From contig OZ024740.1 of assembly GCA_964016885.1 (NCBI GenBank), positions 170,996,001-171,060,000 on the forward strand: a stretch of 64,000 nt of DNA, given 5' to 3'. Both the position numbers and the translations under genes were made by a program. The notes beneath the pieces were generated by a model. The model had not been told where the DNA came from. It made no database searches and was given only the letters and a program-made list of their open reading frames with translations. The stretch comes from Eledone cirrhosa (lineage: Eukaryota). Of the stretch, positions 12,365-26,010 are shown one piece after another; the stretch's first letter is position 1; each line of letters opens with the position of its first letter.

Positions 12365-12530
12365 CAGACCTGTCAACTCTCCCCGTCCGACGTGAGAGAT
12401 GTCTTCTGTTATACAAATGGGTATAGTTTTCATTATGTAAAATCTCCCCATTTTGTCTCATTTCTCACCGTTTCGAGTCACTTGTTTTCATGGTACTCCT
12501 CGTTTGGGTTTTTATAGGTTGGCAGGTTTG
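12365..12530. mobile_element. MITE, TIR CAGA(C)CTG(C/T)CAAC, 6-bp TSD family
   Basis: cagacctgtcaac...gttggcaggtttg; copies at 41719-41911 and 57169-57360. Confidence 0.8.
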
Positions 12531-13273
12531 ATATATATATATACATATATATATATATAAAGTGGGGCATAATGTAGTCACTGATATACACTATATGTAG
12601 AGGAGATACAGACGCACAAAGATAGATATAGAGAGAGAGAGGCGGAGAGAGATAGAGAGAGAGAAAGAGAGAGAGAATGCGAGTGAGAGAGAGAGTAAGG
12701 AAGTGATATAAAAGAAGAATCACCTTCCAGTTTCAACCATTACCTTACGTATTCATCGAAATGATGACAAGCAAATTTGACCCCGGCGGGATTTGTACTC
12801 AAAGAGAGGAGATCTTAAACGACTACAGCAAAACATGCTATCCAACGTTCTAACAACACTATAACTTTGCCACCTATAACCTACGTTGACTGTTTTCTAT
12901 TTACAGCCTAAATCACCTAATTGTATCCTCAACATAGCTGCCAAAATCTGTAATATCAAAGCGGTATTTCTATTTTTTTTTTTTAAATTGTGTATATTTA
13001 TGTGTATATATGCCTTTCTGTGTATGAACATGTGAATGATAGCTAATCGATACTTACACAGTAGATTTGTTTCACGTTGGTGTTATTTTTGTAGATATTT
13101 TTCTTATCGATGTCCCGGGTTTTTTTTTTTTTTTTTTTTTTTTTTTGGTCTTTTAGTCCAGCTGAAATATTTTGAACATAAAAATCTAGATGCGCACATG
13201 TGCCTATATGTCTGTTTACATACATACAAAAGACATACATGCACATGCACAAATACATACCGACATACATATG

Positions 13274-13363
<90 letters not shown>

Positions 13364-13699
13364 CGTGCGTGTGTGTGCGTGTGTGTGTGGTAGTTATGTA
13401 GTTAAGATCGTAAATTTGGGGAATATACGTAGATGTCTTTATAAGACTAAGATATTTTTAATTTGAATTCTTAAAACGCAGCTGCAATGTCGCCATCCGG
13501 GAAGTTAAATCAGCAATATGTTGATTAAATTCATAACCAGGCTATAGCATCACAATCTTTCTTCCAATTGCCTTATTAGACTTGGATGGTAACAGATGAA
13601 AATTGAACAGAGAAGAGAGCTTGAAGGTAATAGATGCTTAGATAGATATATGGGCAAAGACACTCACGTACACAAACACGTATTATGTGTCTGTCTGTG

Positions 13700-13762
<63 letters not shown>

Positions 13763-14136
13763 CTAATTTCAGTCATTAGCGTTTTAACTTGCTGGGCTTC
13801 GCATTTAAGGGATTTATTCGACAATATCAACTGAAGTACTTATTTTATTATGACTGGTACATATTTTATCGATCGTTATTTGTTGATTAGCTACGTTGCA
13901 GGAGATAAAATATGGGACATGAATAGACACATACATACATACATACATACATACATACATACATACATACATACATACATACATACATACATACATACAT
14001 ACATACAGATTTATATCTATGTAACTATCTATCTCCATCTCTCTTTTTCTCTGTGTGTATATATATATGTGTGTGTGTGTATAAACAGAAAGAGACGGAT
14101 ATATATATATATATATACAGAGAGGGAGATGGGTAT

Positions 14137-14226
<90 letters not shown>

Positions 14227-14227
<1 letters not shown>

Positions 14228-15509
14228 TGTTTCTTTTATTTGCCACCAGGGCATCAAAAGTGGGACAAGTACAATGGGGTGAGTTTACAAAACAAGGCGT
14301 CCTCAATAAGGAGGAGGTAATAACAAAATATAAAAATGAAATAAAATATAACAGAATAAAATATATAACAAAATCATCAATAGAGAGGAGGCACCTTGGG
14401 GGGTCGCACACAGCCCCGAAAAAAGTGTGCAACCCTTTTCCTCAGGAGCACAGAGAAGGGGTGTTCCCTTGGTCTTTCATCTTCCTCACCTATAGTCTGA
14501 TGTAGACTGAAGGCACATTCACGCGGGCCATTCTCGCCACTTTCACCCATCTTTCATAAAAACGGCTGGGGTGCAGCACCTCTCTCTCCATCCTGATCCT
14601 TCTTCCGAAATGATATCGGAAGAAACGGACCAGTTGTTGGCCAGAGAGAAAGGTGTCTGACCTCAGTCCTTTCAGACTTGTCCACCATACAACCTCTTTC
14701 GCCATGGCTATTACGCACAGAAACACCGCCTCTCCTTCGTTTTTGAAGAGGGGAGGCGGCTTGATCGTTACAATAGACTCGGTGGTCAACCGGATCGGTC
14801 CCACCCTTGACAGCAGTTGTTCGATATAGCCCCACAGATCAGCAATGCCCGAGCACTGTACCAATGCGTGTGCAACGGTTTCCTCGTCGCACACGCATCT
14901 GGGACAGATCTTTTTCGAGGGGTCCCTACCCGGGCGCCCGTGTCTGTAGAGCCTTTCTCGAACCGGCAGAACCCTTCTGTAGCACTGCCAGGCCAGGGAC
15001 CTCTGGAAGTTATCCATGGGTCCCGGGCTGAATGTCCTACCGAACAGGTTGGCCAGTTCGTCTTCCTCCATGCCTAGAGCTTCTCCGAGGGCGTCGTCGC
15101 ACCTACTAACCACCAGCCCTCTATAGAATGACGAGGTGGATTCTCCACTGACAGTCGGGTCCCCCTTCTAGAGAGCCGTGAGCGCCTGGGCACACTCGGT
15201 GTGCCAGGCGCCCAGTTTTCTCGGTCTTTGCTTGACCCAGGATTGCAGCTCGGTGAGTGAGACGAGTCTGAGAAAGGCTCGCCTCACAAACGGGGCCCAC
15301 ACCGATTGACCGGAGAGGAATACCTGGAGGTGCCGTAGCTTTAATGCGTGTTTACGTATCATTAGCCACGGCATTCCCAGCCCTCCTTTCGAAGGGTGTT
15401 GACAGCAGATGGATCTCCTCACCATAGGAGCCCGCTTCTTCCAAAGGAATTGGAAGAGTGCGCGCTCCATTTTGGCGAGCGTTTCCCTTGGGCAAGGCAC
15501 AACGGTCAA
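14227..15509 (-). mobile_element. Tx1-like (L1 group) LINE 3' fragment inserted in (ATAG)n
   Basis: ORFs 15168-15650 (GGLGMP) and 14490-15113 (CPRC..EETVAHALVQC zinc knuckle). The 3' UTR ends aataaaagaaac into (ATCT)n, and ATAG repeats also lie at the 5' junction. Confidence 0.85.
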
Positions 15510-15656
15510 TAGATAGATAGATAGATAACGGGATTCAAAATTCCAGTCCTGTGGCTTTTGTAGAAGAGAGGAACAGAATCCGAAGCCACAAACTATGTAA
15601 GTCAATTCAACAGCTAGTGGCCACGGAGTCTTACTTGTATTTGTTGCCAATTTTGC

Positions 15657-15703
<47 letters not shown>

Positions 15704-15764
15704 GGGGAAGGGGTGTGTATATATATATATATATATATAGTTTTCTTGACTAGGGGAAAGCCTT

Positions 15765-16185
15765 AGACAGAGCCTCCCTTTTCATTATCTGGCGGGCTCT
15801 GAGAAAACTAGGAGTAGATGAGTGGCTTGTGAAAGCTATACAAACCATGTATAGAGGAATAGTCAGCAGGGTTAGAATTAACAATGACTATGGTGAAGAA
15901 TTTAGTATACAGGTAGGTGTTCATTAGGGTTCCGTCCATAACCCTCTCCTGTTTATTATTGGCCTACAGGCTACAAGAGAATAGTTTAAGACTGGCTGAT
16001 CATGGGAACTACTGTATGCAGATGATCTAACTCTCAAAGCTGAATTTATGGCAGAATTAGAGAAGAAATTCCAAACTTGGAAGCATGGTCTTGAATCAAA
16101 AGGTCTTAAAGTTAACTCGTCAAAGACTAAAGTTCTAGTATGTAGAAAGTAAAATAGGACCCAGATTCCCTCAGATCGGCTGATG
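15765..16185 (+). pseudogene. RTE-clade LINE RT fragment
   Basis: Translates to IWRALRKLGVDEWLV...QVGVH*GS..PLLFII...ELLYADDL...GLKVNSSKTK, with stops. Confidence 0.85.
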
Positions 16186-16982
16186 CAAATCCCATTTGCC
16201 ACTCCAATGGCATGGTGAGAACAAAGCAACTATTGTACAGATTGCTTCTTTTGCATTACGAATGTTAAGGGGTTCAATAAGAAAACTGCCAAGTATATTA
16301 AATATTGTAATTTGTCATCTGCCATAAGACGACAGCCATATGAAAATGAAATTCCGTCTGTGCCAAACAATCAACCATTGAATTAGTCAGATGATTCAGA
16401 TGACGAAATTGGATGTGAAGACCTTTTGAAATTTCTCATCCATGCTCTAAAATAAGTCAAGAACAACTGGAACATATTATTCGAAATTTGTGACTTTCTA
16501 AGAATAATGCTTATCTGGCTGGAACAATGCTCAGAGAATTTGGTGTCTTAGTCCAAGGAACCGAAGCAACAGCGTACAGGAACCGAGAGAAGATATCTTT
16601 TGAAATTTTCGATACACATAATAAACTGAGTTTTGGTTATTGCAAGAACATTACTGGTTTGATGATGGCAATAGGACAGTCATTTTATATGAAGGCAGAT
16701 CGGTGGCTATTCATTGATGGTAGTGTTTCCAGCTTAAAGGCAGTCCTTTTACATGAATACCCAGGGGTTCTAGTTTTATTTGAGGAAGGCAAAAGAGTCA
16801 TACGATACTATCAAGATATGTTACTTTCCTTGATCAGGCATGATGATTTCAAGCGGAAAACTTGAGGTGACTTGAAGATCATAGATGTTTTAGCTGCTTC
16901 TTGTGCCCGTGGGACAGCGGGATCGAAATGAGTACTACAGTCGGCAGGATTAACCAGAACGTCATGAATGGTAAACTGCGTT

Positions 16983-16985
<3 letters not shown>
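16186..16985 (+). pseudogene. Degenerate DNA transposase, Chapaev3 (CMC)-like
   Basis: PMAW*EQSNYCTDCFFCITNVKGF..Y.NLSSAIR and WLFIDGSVSSLKAVLLH resemble, from memory, Chapaev3 motifs (W.EP..H..DCYFC; LFIDSS..SLKAVLLH). Confidence 0.65.
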
Positions 16986-17023
<38 letters not shown>

Positions 17024-17423
17024 GGATTATAACGTCAAGAGTCGGGCCCGATCGATAGAGATCGAACCTTGAGCTGATGAATCGTGAAACGCGTGCCCCA
17101 CCTGAATAAACTTAATTAAAATTTGACAACACGTCCATACTTATTATTAATTTTATATATATATATATATATAGATATATATAGAGAGAGAGAGAGAGGG
17201 AGAGGGGGGGGGGGGGGGTAAAATTACCTAACACTGTACATATACATAGATTATGTAAACACTTAATATTTTTACTCATCTTCTTGGGCAAAAAAGTGTG
17301 ATATGTTTATATTCCATCTGCATGATAGACCAATTTGCATATGTCACATTTTTGGCAGTTAGTGCCATTAATAAATTACTGTACATTAAAAAAATTTCAT
17401 TTGTGCATTTGTGTGTGTGTGCA

Positions 17424-17495
<72 letters not shown>

Positions 17496-17604
17496 TGTGC
17501 GAGTTTGTGTGTGTGAGTTTGTGTGTGTGTGTGTGTGTGTGTGCAAGTTTGTGTGTGTGAGAGTGTGTGTGTGCGTGTAAGCGTGTATGCGTGAATGTGC
17601 ATTC

Positions 17605-19045
17605 ATATTGATTTTTAATTGAAGTACAAGACAAGGTCAGCAAATTTAGGAGAAGGGCATACTTGATTAAATCGACAGTCGTGTAAAAATATTGAAACAA
17701 ACAATTATAACAATCGAAATCACCAATACGGGGGAGGCGCCACAAATGGGTTGCTTAATACCCCGTCGATAGAACAACCCTCAACTTCAGGAGCGTGTTG
17801 TGCAAGTGCTCCTTTCTTCCTTTTGCTCTCTTCTTTAACCTACAGGCTTATAAACAGAGAAGGCCCAATCACTCGGGCCATTTTCGCTTCATTTACCCAC
17901 CTTTCAGTAAATTTACTGGGGTGCAGTGCCTCTCTCTCCACTCTGATTCTCCTTCTAAAGTGATACTTAAAGAAGGGAATCAATTGTTGTCCGGAGAGAA
18001 AGGCATCTGTCCTCAGTCCTCTCAATCTCGTCCACCATATAACCTCTTTCACCATAGCCACTGTACAGAGGAAAACCGCCTCTCTTTCGTTTTTGAAAGA
18101 GGCTGGCGGTTTGATCCTTACTATGGACTCAGCAGTCAACTGGATTTGTCCCATACGCAACAGCAGTTGTTCTAGGTGTAGTTCCACAGGTCGCTTACGC
18201 CCGGGCAGTGTACAATTGCGTGCAACACGGTTTCAATGTCCTGCTCTCATCTTGGACACGTCCTCTTGGAAGGATCCGTACCTGTAGATTTTGTCTCGAA
18301 CGGGTAGAGCCCCTCGGTAGCACTGCCAGGCCAGGGACCTCTGGAAGTTGTCCATAGGTCCCGGGCGGAAAGTCCTACCAAACAGACTGGTGAGCTCGTA
18401 TCTTCGACGCCTAGAGTCTCCCCGAGCACGTTGTCGCACTTGTAAAGTACTAACCCTCTATAGAATGTCGAAGTGGAGTCTCCACTGATTGCTGTGTCCG
18501 CTTGAGAGAGGACAGTGAGCGCCTGAGGGCATTCAATGTGCCAGGCGCCCATCTTCTTCGGTCTTCGCTTGACCCAGGACTGCAGCTCCGTCAGCGAGAC
18601 AAGTTGTGGGAAGGCCTGTCTCACAAACGGTGCCCACACCGGTTGGTCGGTGAGGAATACCTGGAGATGCCGTAGCCTCAGCGGAAGTTTGCGCATCATT
18701 AGCCACGGCATGCCCAGCCCTCCGCTGGAAGGGTGTTGACAGCAGACGGATCTCCTCACCAGTGGAGCCTGCTTCTTCCACAGTAACTGGAAGAGCATGC
18801 GTTCGATCTTGGTGAGGTATTCACGGGACAAGGCTCGACCTTTCAAAGACAGTTTGCACTCAAAGACAGTTTGCACTCTTCTGGGTGAGCGCAAATACCT
18901 TGGCCATGACCTCGTTCCAGTTTTTCTCCACCTGGAGGTCTGGACCGAACCAGACCCCGAGCAATTTCACTGGTCCTTCCGTCCAGCGTCCGACAACGCT
19001 GTCGGACGGCATCGGTTTGCCTCTCCACGTTCCGAGTTGCAAACT
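17605..19045 (-). mobile_element. Tx1-like LINE 3' part (second subfamily)
   Basis: Paralogous to 14490-15500 (GGLGMPWLM, PGPMDNFQRSLAWQCYR) plus VKLLGVWFG; different 3' UTR abutting (TG)n. Confidence 0.85.
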
Positions 19046-19058
19046 GACAGACTTGACA

Positions 19059-19215
19059 GAGCAAGATGGTTGGGTAGCATCCATGTCTTGGCTGGTCTCA
19101 CTTCGGGGTCCAGCCACATCAGTTGGAGACGGTTGCTTCTGACAATACTCACTGGAAGGAGTATTTGAGGACTCTTCCCTCACGACCCTCACAGGAAGAA
19201 GAAGAAGAATAAGAA

Positions 19216-19246
<31 letters not shown>

Positions 19247-19285
19247 AAGAAGAAGAAGAAGAAGAAGAAGAAGAAGAAGAAGAAG

Positions 19286-19316
<31 letters not shown>
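19059..19316 (+). mobile_element. RTE LINE 3' end with (GAA)n tail, nested in the Tx1 element
   Basis: Nearly identical to the reverse complement of 37362-37594. Confidence 0.85.
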
Positions 19317-19329
19317 TATCATTTAGACA

Positions 19330-20345
19330 CAACTCCAGTCCCACCGAACGGTTTACGTCCCGTCGTGTCTAAGAACAGGCAGCCTAGCTATGACAACGAC
19401 GCAGCATTCGTGTTATGCATTAAAAGCTTGGTCGAATGCCAATCTCGCCGCGAGCACGTTGGCTGTAGTTCTTCATCTAAGAGCCTCTTCTAGCTTTATA
19501 ACAACTTCACCCTTTAATCTACTTTTCTCTATCATTACTCCTTTACTAAACCTTATATGATTGTACTATGTTGTTGATGATTGCCTTCATCAACACACTC
19601 TTAACTGATTCACTAATCTGGGTTTTGCAATCCATGTGCTCCGGCAACGATGCGTTCAGCTTCCAGTGACCAGGTCCCTGTCTATGAAGCCTATCTAAGT
19701 TTACCACACAGATCACAAATATTTGTTCTGTGTAGTCGACTTTGAAATGTGGACAACCTATGCTAGCCCTATCTACTACAGAAAACCCTATCTAGATACG
19801 AACTGGATGACTCGAGGCGGTTTGATCATGTCCACAGTGGGACATTCGGAAAATTCAGTCAGTACCTGTCAGACAGTTGGAAATGTCTGAGCAGATTTGC
19901 GAGGTTTTTACACATTCATGCCCAATCTGCTAGCCTCATACAGTCACAGCGTGCGTCGAAGATACCGTTCATGTCGCCAACTAACACTAAAGAGCGGGAC
20001 ATTCCTAGAAAGAGTTTGAAGAAATCAGGCCGTCCTGCCCCTTTCGGGACATAGAGATCCACCAGACTAAAAGCAAACCCTCCATTGCTGGTCACGTCCA
20101 GCAATTCCAACTTACTTTCTGGGTCCAGGAAAATCGTCTGTATCGTGAGATTCAAGCTTTTCCTAAACAACATAGTGACTCCACATCCAGATCCCGGACG
20201 GCTTAGAGATGCGTACACTTCGTAGCCGCCTAAAATGTGTGCGAAGGCTCAGGTCTCGGAAATTAAGGTTTCACTGATGACCACCACATTTATGTTCAAT
20301 GACCTGAGCTTATTGAGCTGGTGGCGGTGCTTCAAAGACGTCCCA
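19330..20345 (-). pseudogene. Tx1-like apurinic endonuclease (ORF2 N-terminus)
   Basis: Motifs: VVVISET, GVTMLF, LYVP, LVGDMN, SYLDRVF, GPGHWKLNASL. Confidence 0.8.
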
Positions 20346-21937
20346 TTCTAAATAAGGTCATATTAGTAAAAGTGAGAAAGGTTAACTTACTCTGATCGCG
20401 TAGAGGAAGGGATGGTGATCCCTCTTCCTGGCCAGTTGTGGGCACTCCCACAAGAATGTCAGTGTATATCCTTTTAGATATCGTTCCACGGAAATTCCCA
20501 ATTGCATTAGGGAAATTTTCTCTGATGTGTGTGTGTGCGTTTTTTGGTCTATAGTGATTATTTTTCTGTGTGAAGTTGAGTTAGTGGCATTGCTGAAGAT
20601 GGTGGTGATGATGTTATTGTCAAGCTTTGGAATCCAGTCCGAGTCGCTGTCACATGACATGATTATTTTCGCTGCTCTGGCTAGATGTGAAGGGGGTGCT
20701 ACCTCCAACAAAAGCAAAATTGTGGACATAAATTCAAATTGTAAAGTTTAAACATTTGGCCCAAATGCCCAAATATTGAGGGCAAAGAGTGATGTCTCCT
20801 GTCGCCTTTCGTAACAAAACAGTTAAAACAAAGATTTTAATATGTGAAAACAACAAACATACGGGTGCTTGTAATGATATGTCTGCACAAACCAGCAACC
20901 AATAATAATAATAATAATAATGATAGTGATGATGATGGTGGTGATGGTGGTGGTGGTGGTGATATTGATGATGATGATTTCTATATTACCAACAAAATAT
21001 TCACACGAAGAAAACATTAAGGACGGCACAAGACGTTAGTTTTTGCGTGTAAAAATATATCAAAAACATGGTTTCTAATTTAGGTACAAGGCCAGTAGTT
21101 TGTGGAGAAGGGAAATTCGATGGTATTTACGTTATCGTCTCCAGGAGGATGGAAGCCAAAAACAAATACTCCGTCGAGATCAACTTTGCTTTTCATCTTT
21201 CAACGTTAAGTACTGGAGTCAATACATCGACTTTCCCCATCCCCCAAATTCTAGCCTTCTGTCTATTTTAGAAGCAGTTTGGGCTTTGGGGTATTTATTC
21301 CGATTCTTTACTTTCTGTATTCAAATATTGCCACGGCCAATTTTGACTTTAATCTTTCCAGATTTGATCAAATATAGTACCAGGAGAGGTCAGGAACCTC
21401 GATTGGCTTTTAAGCGCTCTTAGATTTTTATTTTATTCTATTTATTCTTATGGCCTGGATATCGAATTAATTTAGGATAAGATTCAAAGCTAAAGCTTTT
21501 TTGTGTGTGCGTGTGTTTGTATTTTGAGGTTGATTTATTGAATTTACTCTCCCCCATATTGTTGTCCTTATGTCTAAATTAGGAACTATTATGCTTTTTA
21601 TGACGGTGGATTAGCAGAATCGTGGGAGCATCGGAGCAAAATGCTTTGCGTTATTTTTTCTTGTCCTTGGCGGTTTTGGTTTGAAATTCCACCGTAATCT
21701 ACGTTGCCTTTTTAAAGAAATTAAAACTAGAAAGTAGTCGTGTCTTTAACAACACACACACATCACACAAGTTCACCCCCATCGGCACACACACAACAAC
21801 CCCCATGAAACACCTGGAGCATCCAATTTGGCCCCCACTCACGTATGCAGGACCACTCGCCTGCCACCCCAACCTTCTCAACAACCTTTTCCAATCTTTC
21901 ATGAACCTACATGTTCTCTCCCTATCCGAACTTTCCA

Positions 21938-21973
21938 TTTCCTGACGAAGGACGTAAGTCCGAAGCGTCGAAA
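21938..21973 (+). ncRNA. Minimal HHR (GAAG variant)
   Basis: tttc CTGACGA a ggac-gtaa-gtcc GAAG c GTC gaaa. Confidence 0.65.
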
Positions 21974-22059
21974 CCCCTCCATATCATCTTAAGTGTGATC
22001 CTAATAAGACTTAGTATATTTTCATCCTGTGTTTGGTTTGTTTTATTTGTTCAACTATA

Positions 22060-22187
<128 letters not shown>

Positions 22188-22799
22188 CGTGTGTCTTTAT
22201 ATAAGTACATGCAATCGGAAATAGTGCACATTTGGGTGGAAAATGGAGCGAGTAAGATAAGAGGAAAACTCTGAAAAAAATCGCAGAAGCAAATGTGGTG
22301 TGTAGAAACCCTACTAAAAAATTAGGTTTTGTATGTATGTTTATATTTGTATGTTGTGGGAGGATATACAGAGCTGAGCATAGAGAGATATGATAACTGT
22401 GACGACAAACGTATTCCTAGTCGACCGTCTAAAGATGAGAGAAAAAGATTATGAATACATAACCTATAAATAACAAATTGAGGGGTTTTTTTCTATTTTT
22501 GCTTTCTTTCTTCATACCTTCCTTCTCTTTTTTCTGCTGTGTAATCCTCCTCAAATTTTGTACCTAGAAGCTTTTATAGATGTTGGTTTTTTGGTAGGAA
22601 AAATCAGTTGCGTAGTCTGATATTATAGATCTTGTTAAACAAGAGTGCTGAGAAGGATAAGAAACTACATAATTTGGAACTGGAATCAGTTTTGTGGAAA
22701 ACAGCTGTTACGAGTTCAGTCCCGGGTTAAAACTGATATTCTGTTTTATTCCTTTGCTACTGCTGATGTTGCTGCTGTTGGTGATGGTGATGATGATGA

Positions 22800-23112
22800 T
22801 GCCAGTAAGGGAGGAATTACCCCTACAGTTTATGGCTGACCATGACTTTTCACTTAGACACATGCTCTCCGAGGCAAAGCCTAGGCAAGGAGTTTTTGTG
22901 GAAGACCAACAGTTGCCCATGCATGCTAGTGTCATCTTTCTACAACGATTTGAACCAAAGGAAAGGTAAAGCTTAGCACCAGAGGCGTTTCAATTCAATC
23001 AACAAGAAATAAGTGTCATGCTAAGGGACAGAACGCCCACCCGGTTCCGGGAGTTAAACTCACAACCTCACGATTGCAAGCTTAACTTTCTTACCACTAA
23101 GCCATGCGCCTA
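22800..23112 (-). mobile_element. tRNA-derived SINE (family 1 subtype)
   Basis: Minus-strand head ggcgcatggcttagtggtaag; body similar to 2088-2432. Confidence 0.7.
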
Positions 23113-23354
23113 GGGAGAAGGATATATCATACGTCATCCGGTGTAATACTACCACCTGGACCTTGATATCTTTAGCGGACTTTACTAAATTACAAGCGAC
23201 CTACCGGTTCTGGTTTCTTCCTTCCATCCCGACATTATTAGTCTTAAAGTTCTTTAAACGGACATGTTCGTTACCCACCATCTTCTCATAAAACCACACA
23301 AAAAGAAAAACAATTCCATATTAATCTCTGATGATATTACTGACGAGACAGTGA

Positions 23355-23705
23355 GTGCGGCATGATCGAATGCTTTAAAGGTTCGCTTCTAAATCATTAG
23401 ATCCCGGTTTCAATCCCACTACGTGACATCTTAGAGAAATATCATTTACCATAGCCGCAGTTGGACTCATGTTTTGTGAGTAAAACTAGGTGAATAGAAA
23501 CTGTTTGGAAGCCCGTCAAATGGACTATACCTGTAATTCAAAGCGCTAGCCTAGTGACATTGTGTCACGCTGAATCTCACTGACAATCAGTTATGGTTAC
23601 ACGTGTCAGTGAAATGCGCAACCACTTGCATGTTTATTTTAAGAGCAGGTGGTTCCTCTGAATTACTGAAACACACATAGTCGAAACCGACAGAGGTCCA
23701 TCGAA
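23355..23705 (+). mobile_element. tRNA-derived SINE family 1 (degenerate)
   Basis: ggtttcaatccc B-box; shared body with 530-870. Confidence 0.6.
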
Positions 23706-24799
23706 TCGAATCCAGACGAGATAAATAAAGGGAATTAAGAGTTGAAACAAAGTGATGAACTGAGTTCGGTTTGAACTGATCTCAACCCATATTTCATTTA
23801 CTGATTAAAATGAAGTTTTTGCAACGCATTTCGAAACGACGGCCTAATTATCTGAAAGAAACAATGAACACTTTTCTGCATGCACTCGTTCAGTAAGCCA
23901 CTGTTGTTGAGCTGTGGAGTTTAGACGAACTGCTTTCAAGTGTACGGTGGATCTGATTATTGGTGGAGTCCATCGTGGAAATTGCACCATCGCCTTCCTT
24001 TAACCAAGGACAGACAGTTATCCCCTTCTTTGTCTTTATAGCGAAAGTGGAACATAGTGGACTTAACTGACAAAATTGTGGAAAGCCACTTTCCTCTTGT
24101 CAGACCCACCTCAACGTTTTTGAAATTCGAGTTGGAAAAGAAGGTTAGTGTGAAGAAAGACTTGCTCTCAAAGAAATTTGTTGTAAGTATTTATACTTAT
24201 ATATTAATTCTGTAATTATTTATACTTATATATTAATTAGTTTTTAGTACGAGATGTCTGCCAAATAAATAGAGATATGTCTTCAACTTAATAAATGTTG
24301 TTTGATTGTCGTTAACAACAATATCTGACATACCAACTTCCATATTACTATAAGTGATAATGACATTTTCTCAGAGAACTAGTTATGAGTAATATGTGGT
24401 CAGTGGCTCTATGTTTATATCTTATAGATGTTTATATCCAGCGAATATACCACCCAACATAATCATGTTGTTTTATACATTAAAATACCTGTGGTCATCC
24501 ACTGGTCTTTCTTATGCACAGTGGCCATAAAGCGTACATTTCACATTATCACTATTTCAAAAATGATTTGAGATGATTTGATGTTTGATTGTTGTTGTTT
24601 AATCCCAGGTCAATTCAGATCGAATTGTCCTTACATGGATAAAAACATCCCAACCATTACCTTCCCATCTTTTTATACCTGATTCTGTATAGAGAACTGC
24701 ATTATCTAATGTCCTCTTTCCTTACTTCAGTTTGCAGCATGTGATTTGAGGGAGACATGGCTGTTATTTATAGAGGCTCCCTTACTGACTCCGAGAGAC

Positions 24800-26010
24800 A
24801 TACACTGCGGCTATAAGTGGTCTGGCTTTGCTACTATGACCTGTACTTTTCATTCAAGCAGCCAGTTGTTTCCTAAATATACCTCTCTGTTCAATGCACA
24901 GGTCTGTCTATCTGTGATTTCTTGATAGAAGATTGAATCTTCTTCACATGAGGTTTAATGAGCTTGACAGCTGTAGTTGGTGGATGTAGAGTGAGATGTC
25001 CATCTTGCAGACGTTGTTTTTTTTTTTTTGTTGTTTTTTTTTGTTTTTTTGTCCGGTCTGAAGAGAAGAGACTCTTTGTAGTTTTCTTGTTCTTAATAGT
25101 CTTTGACTAGTCATTAGTCTGCTTCGTTGAGCAAGCAGATAAGACAAAGCGTAATGTCAAATTACATTTCTATTTCCATAAGAGACTTTTCCTCCTTCAT
25201 GACTGGTCATATACAGTCGATTGACATCTGCTTTTGTGTGATGCATTCGATGTCTGGTGTGTAGCTTTCCAACGTTGTGATCTATCTCTATGGTATCGTT
25301 TCTATTTCATTCTATTATTCAAACACTGCAGAGCATGGCTGGCATTGCAAAGCTGTACATTGATTTTATTTTGTTTGATGAAAGCAATTTTATTCTCATG
25401 ATTAACCTGACCCTTTTGTAATACTCTTTGCTGGTTGTTTGTGATCTTAGATGTTCCAAATTGAACAGTGTCTTCTAAATCTCTAATGTTGGTATTCTCA
25501 CCAAATTACATAAGTTGTCTTGCAATCCTATTGTCCTCTTTACTATGGTTTTCACAAAGTCAAATTTCTCTCAAAGTAATACAATAAGTTGAAGGGTTCG
25601 GTGAGACTTTTTTTCACGGCTACCATATAATTTTCAAATTATTCATATCAGAAGATCACTCATTTTGTGAATGGAGCCTTTGATCTTGGCATTAACTCCT
25701 GCTAGTGCTAAACAAAGAACAGTGGTGAGAGTGAATCACCTGAAATATTATTCTCTTTATTTGTATATTCAATACTGGTAGAATTCCATTATCATACAAC
25801 AATATGAAGTCTGTATTCCAGTGTTTCGTATTTGTTTGTTTGGATATCTGATTCTCATTCAGAAAGTTCGCATCATTCCAAAAGCCTTCTATAGGGAACA
25901 TTTTCACCGCTTTCACATACTGTATCCAAACAAATGAATGACGATGTTTTTCTTCTTAGTTATATAAGTTATCATTATTCTCTTTATCATTAACTTGTTC
26001 TTGCACTCAC
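24800..26010 (-). pseudogene. Degenerate R4/Dong-like (RLE-type) LINE RT relic
   Basis: Minus-strand translation fragments IQIKRIIFQ, EYYKRVRLI...NKIKSMYSFAMP and IDHNVGKLHTRHRMHHTKADVNRLYMTSHEGG, resembling the R4/Dong HHPKADVDRLY.PR.EGGRGL motif. Confidence 0.7.

Noticed and set aside
17070-17105. CTGATGA atcgt GAAA cgcgt HHR-like motif
   Set aside because: No convincing stem I or II and no valid NUH; at most a decayed copy.
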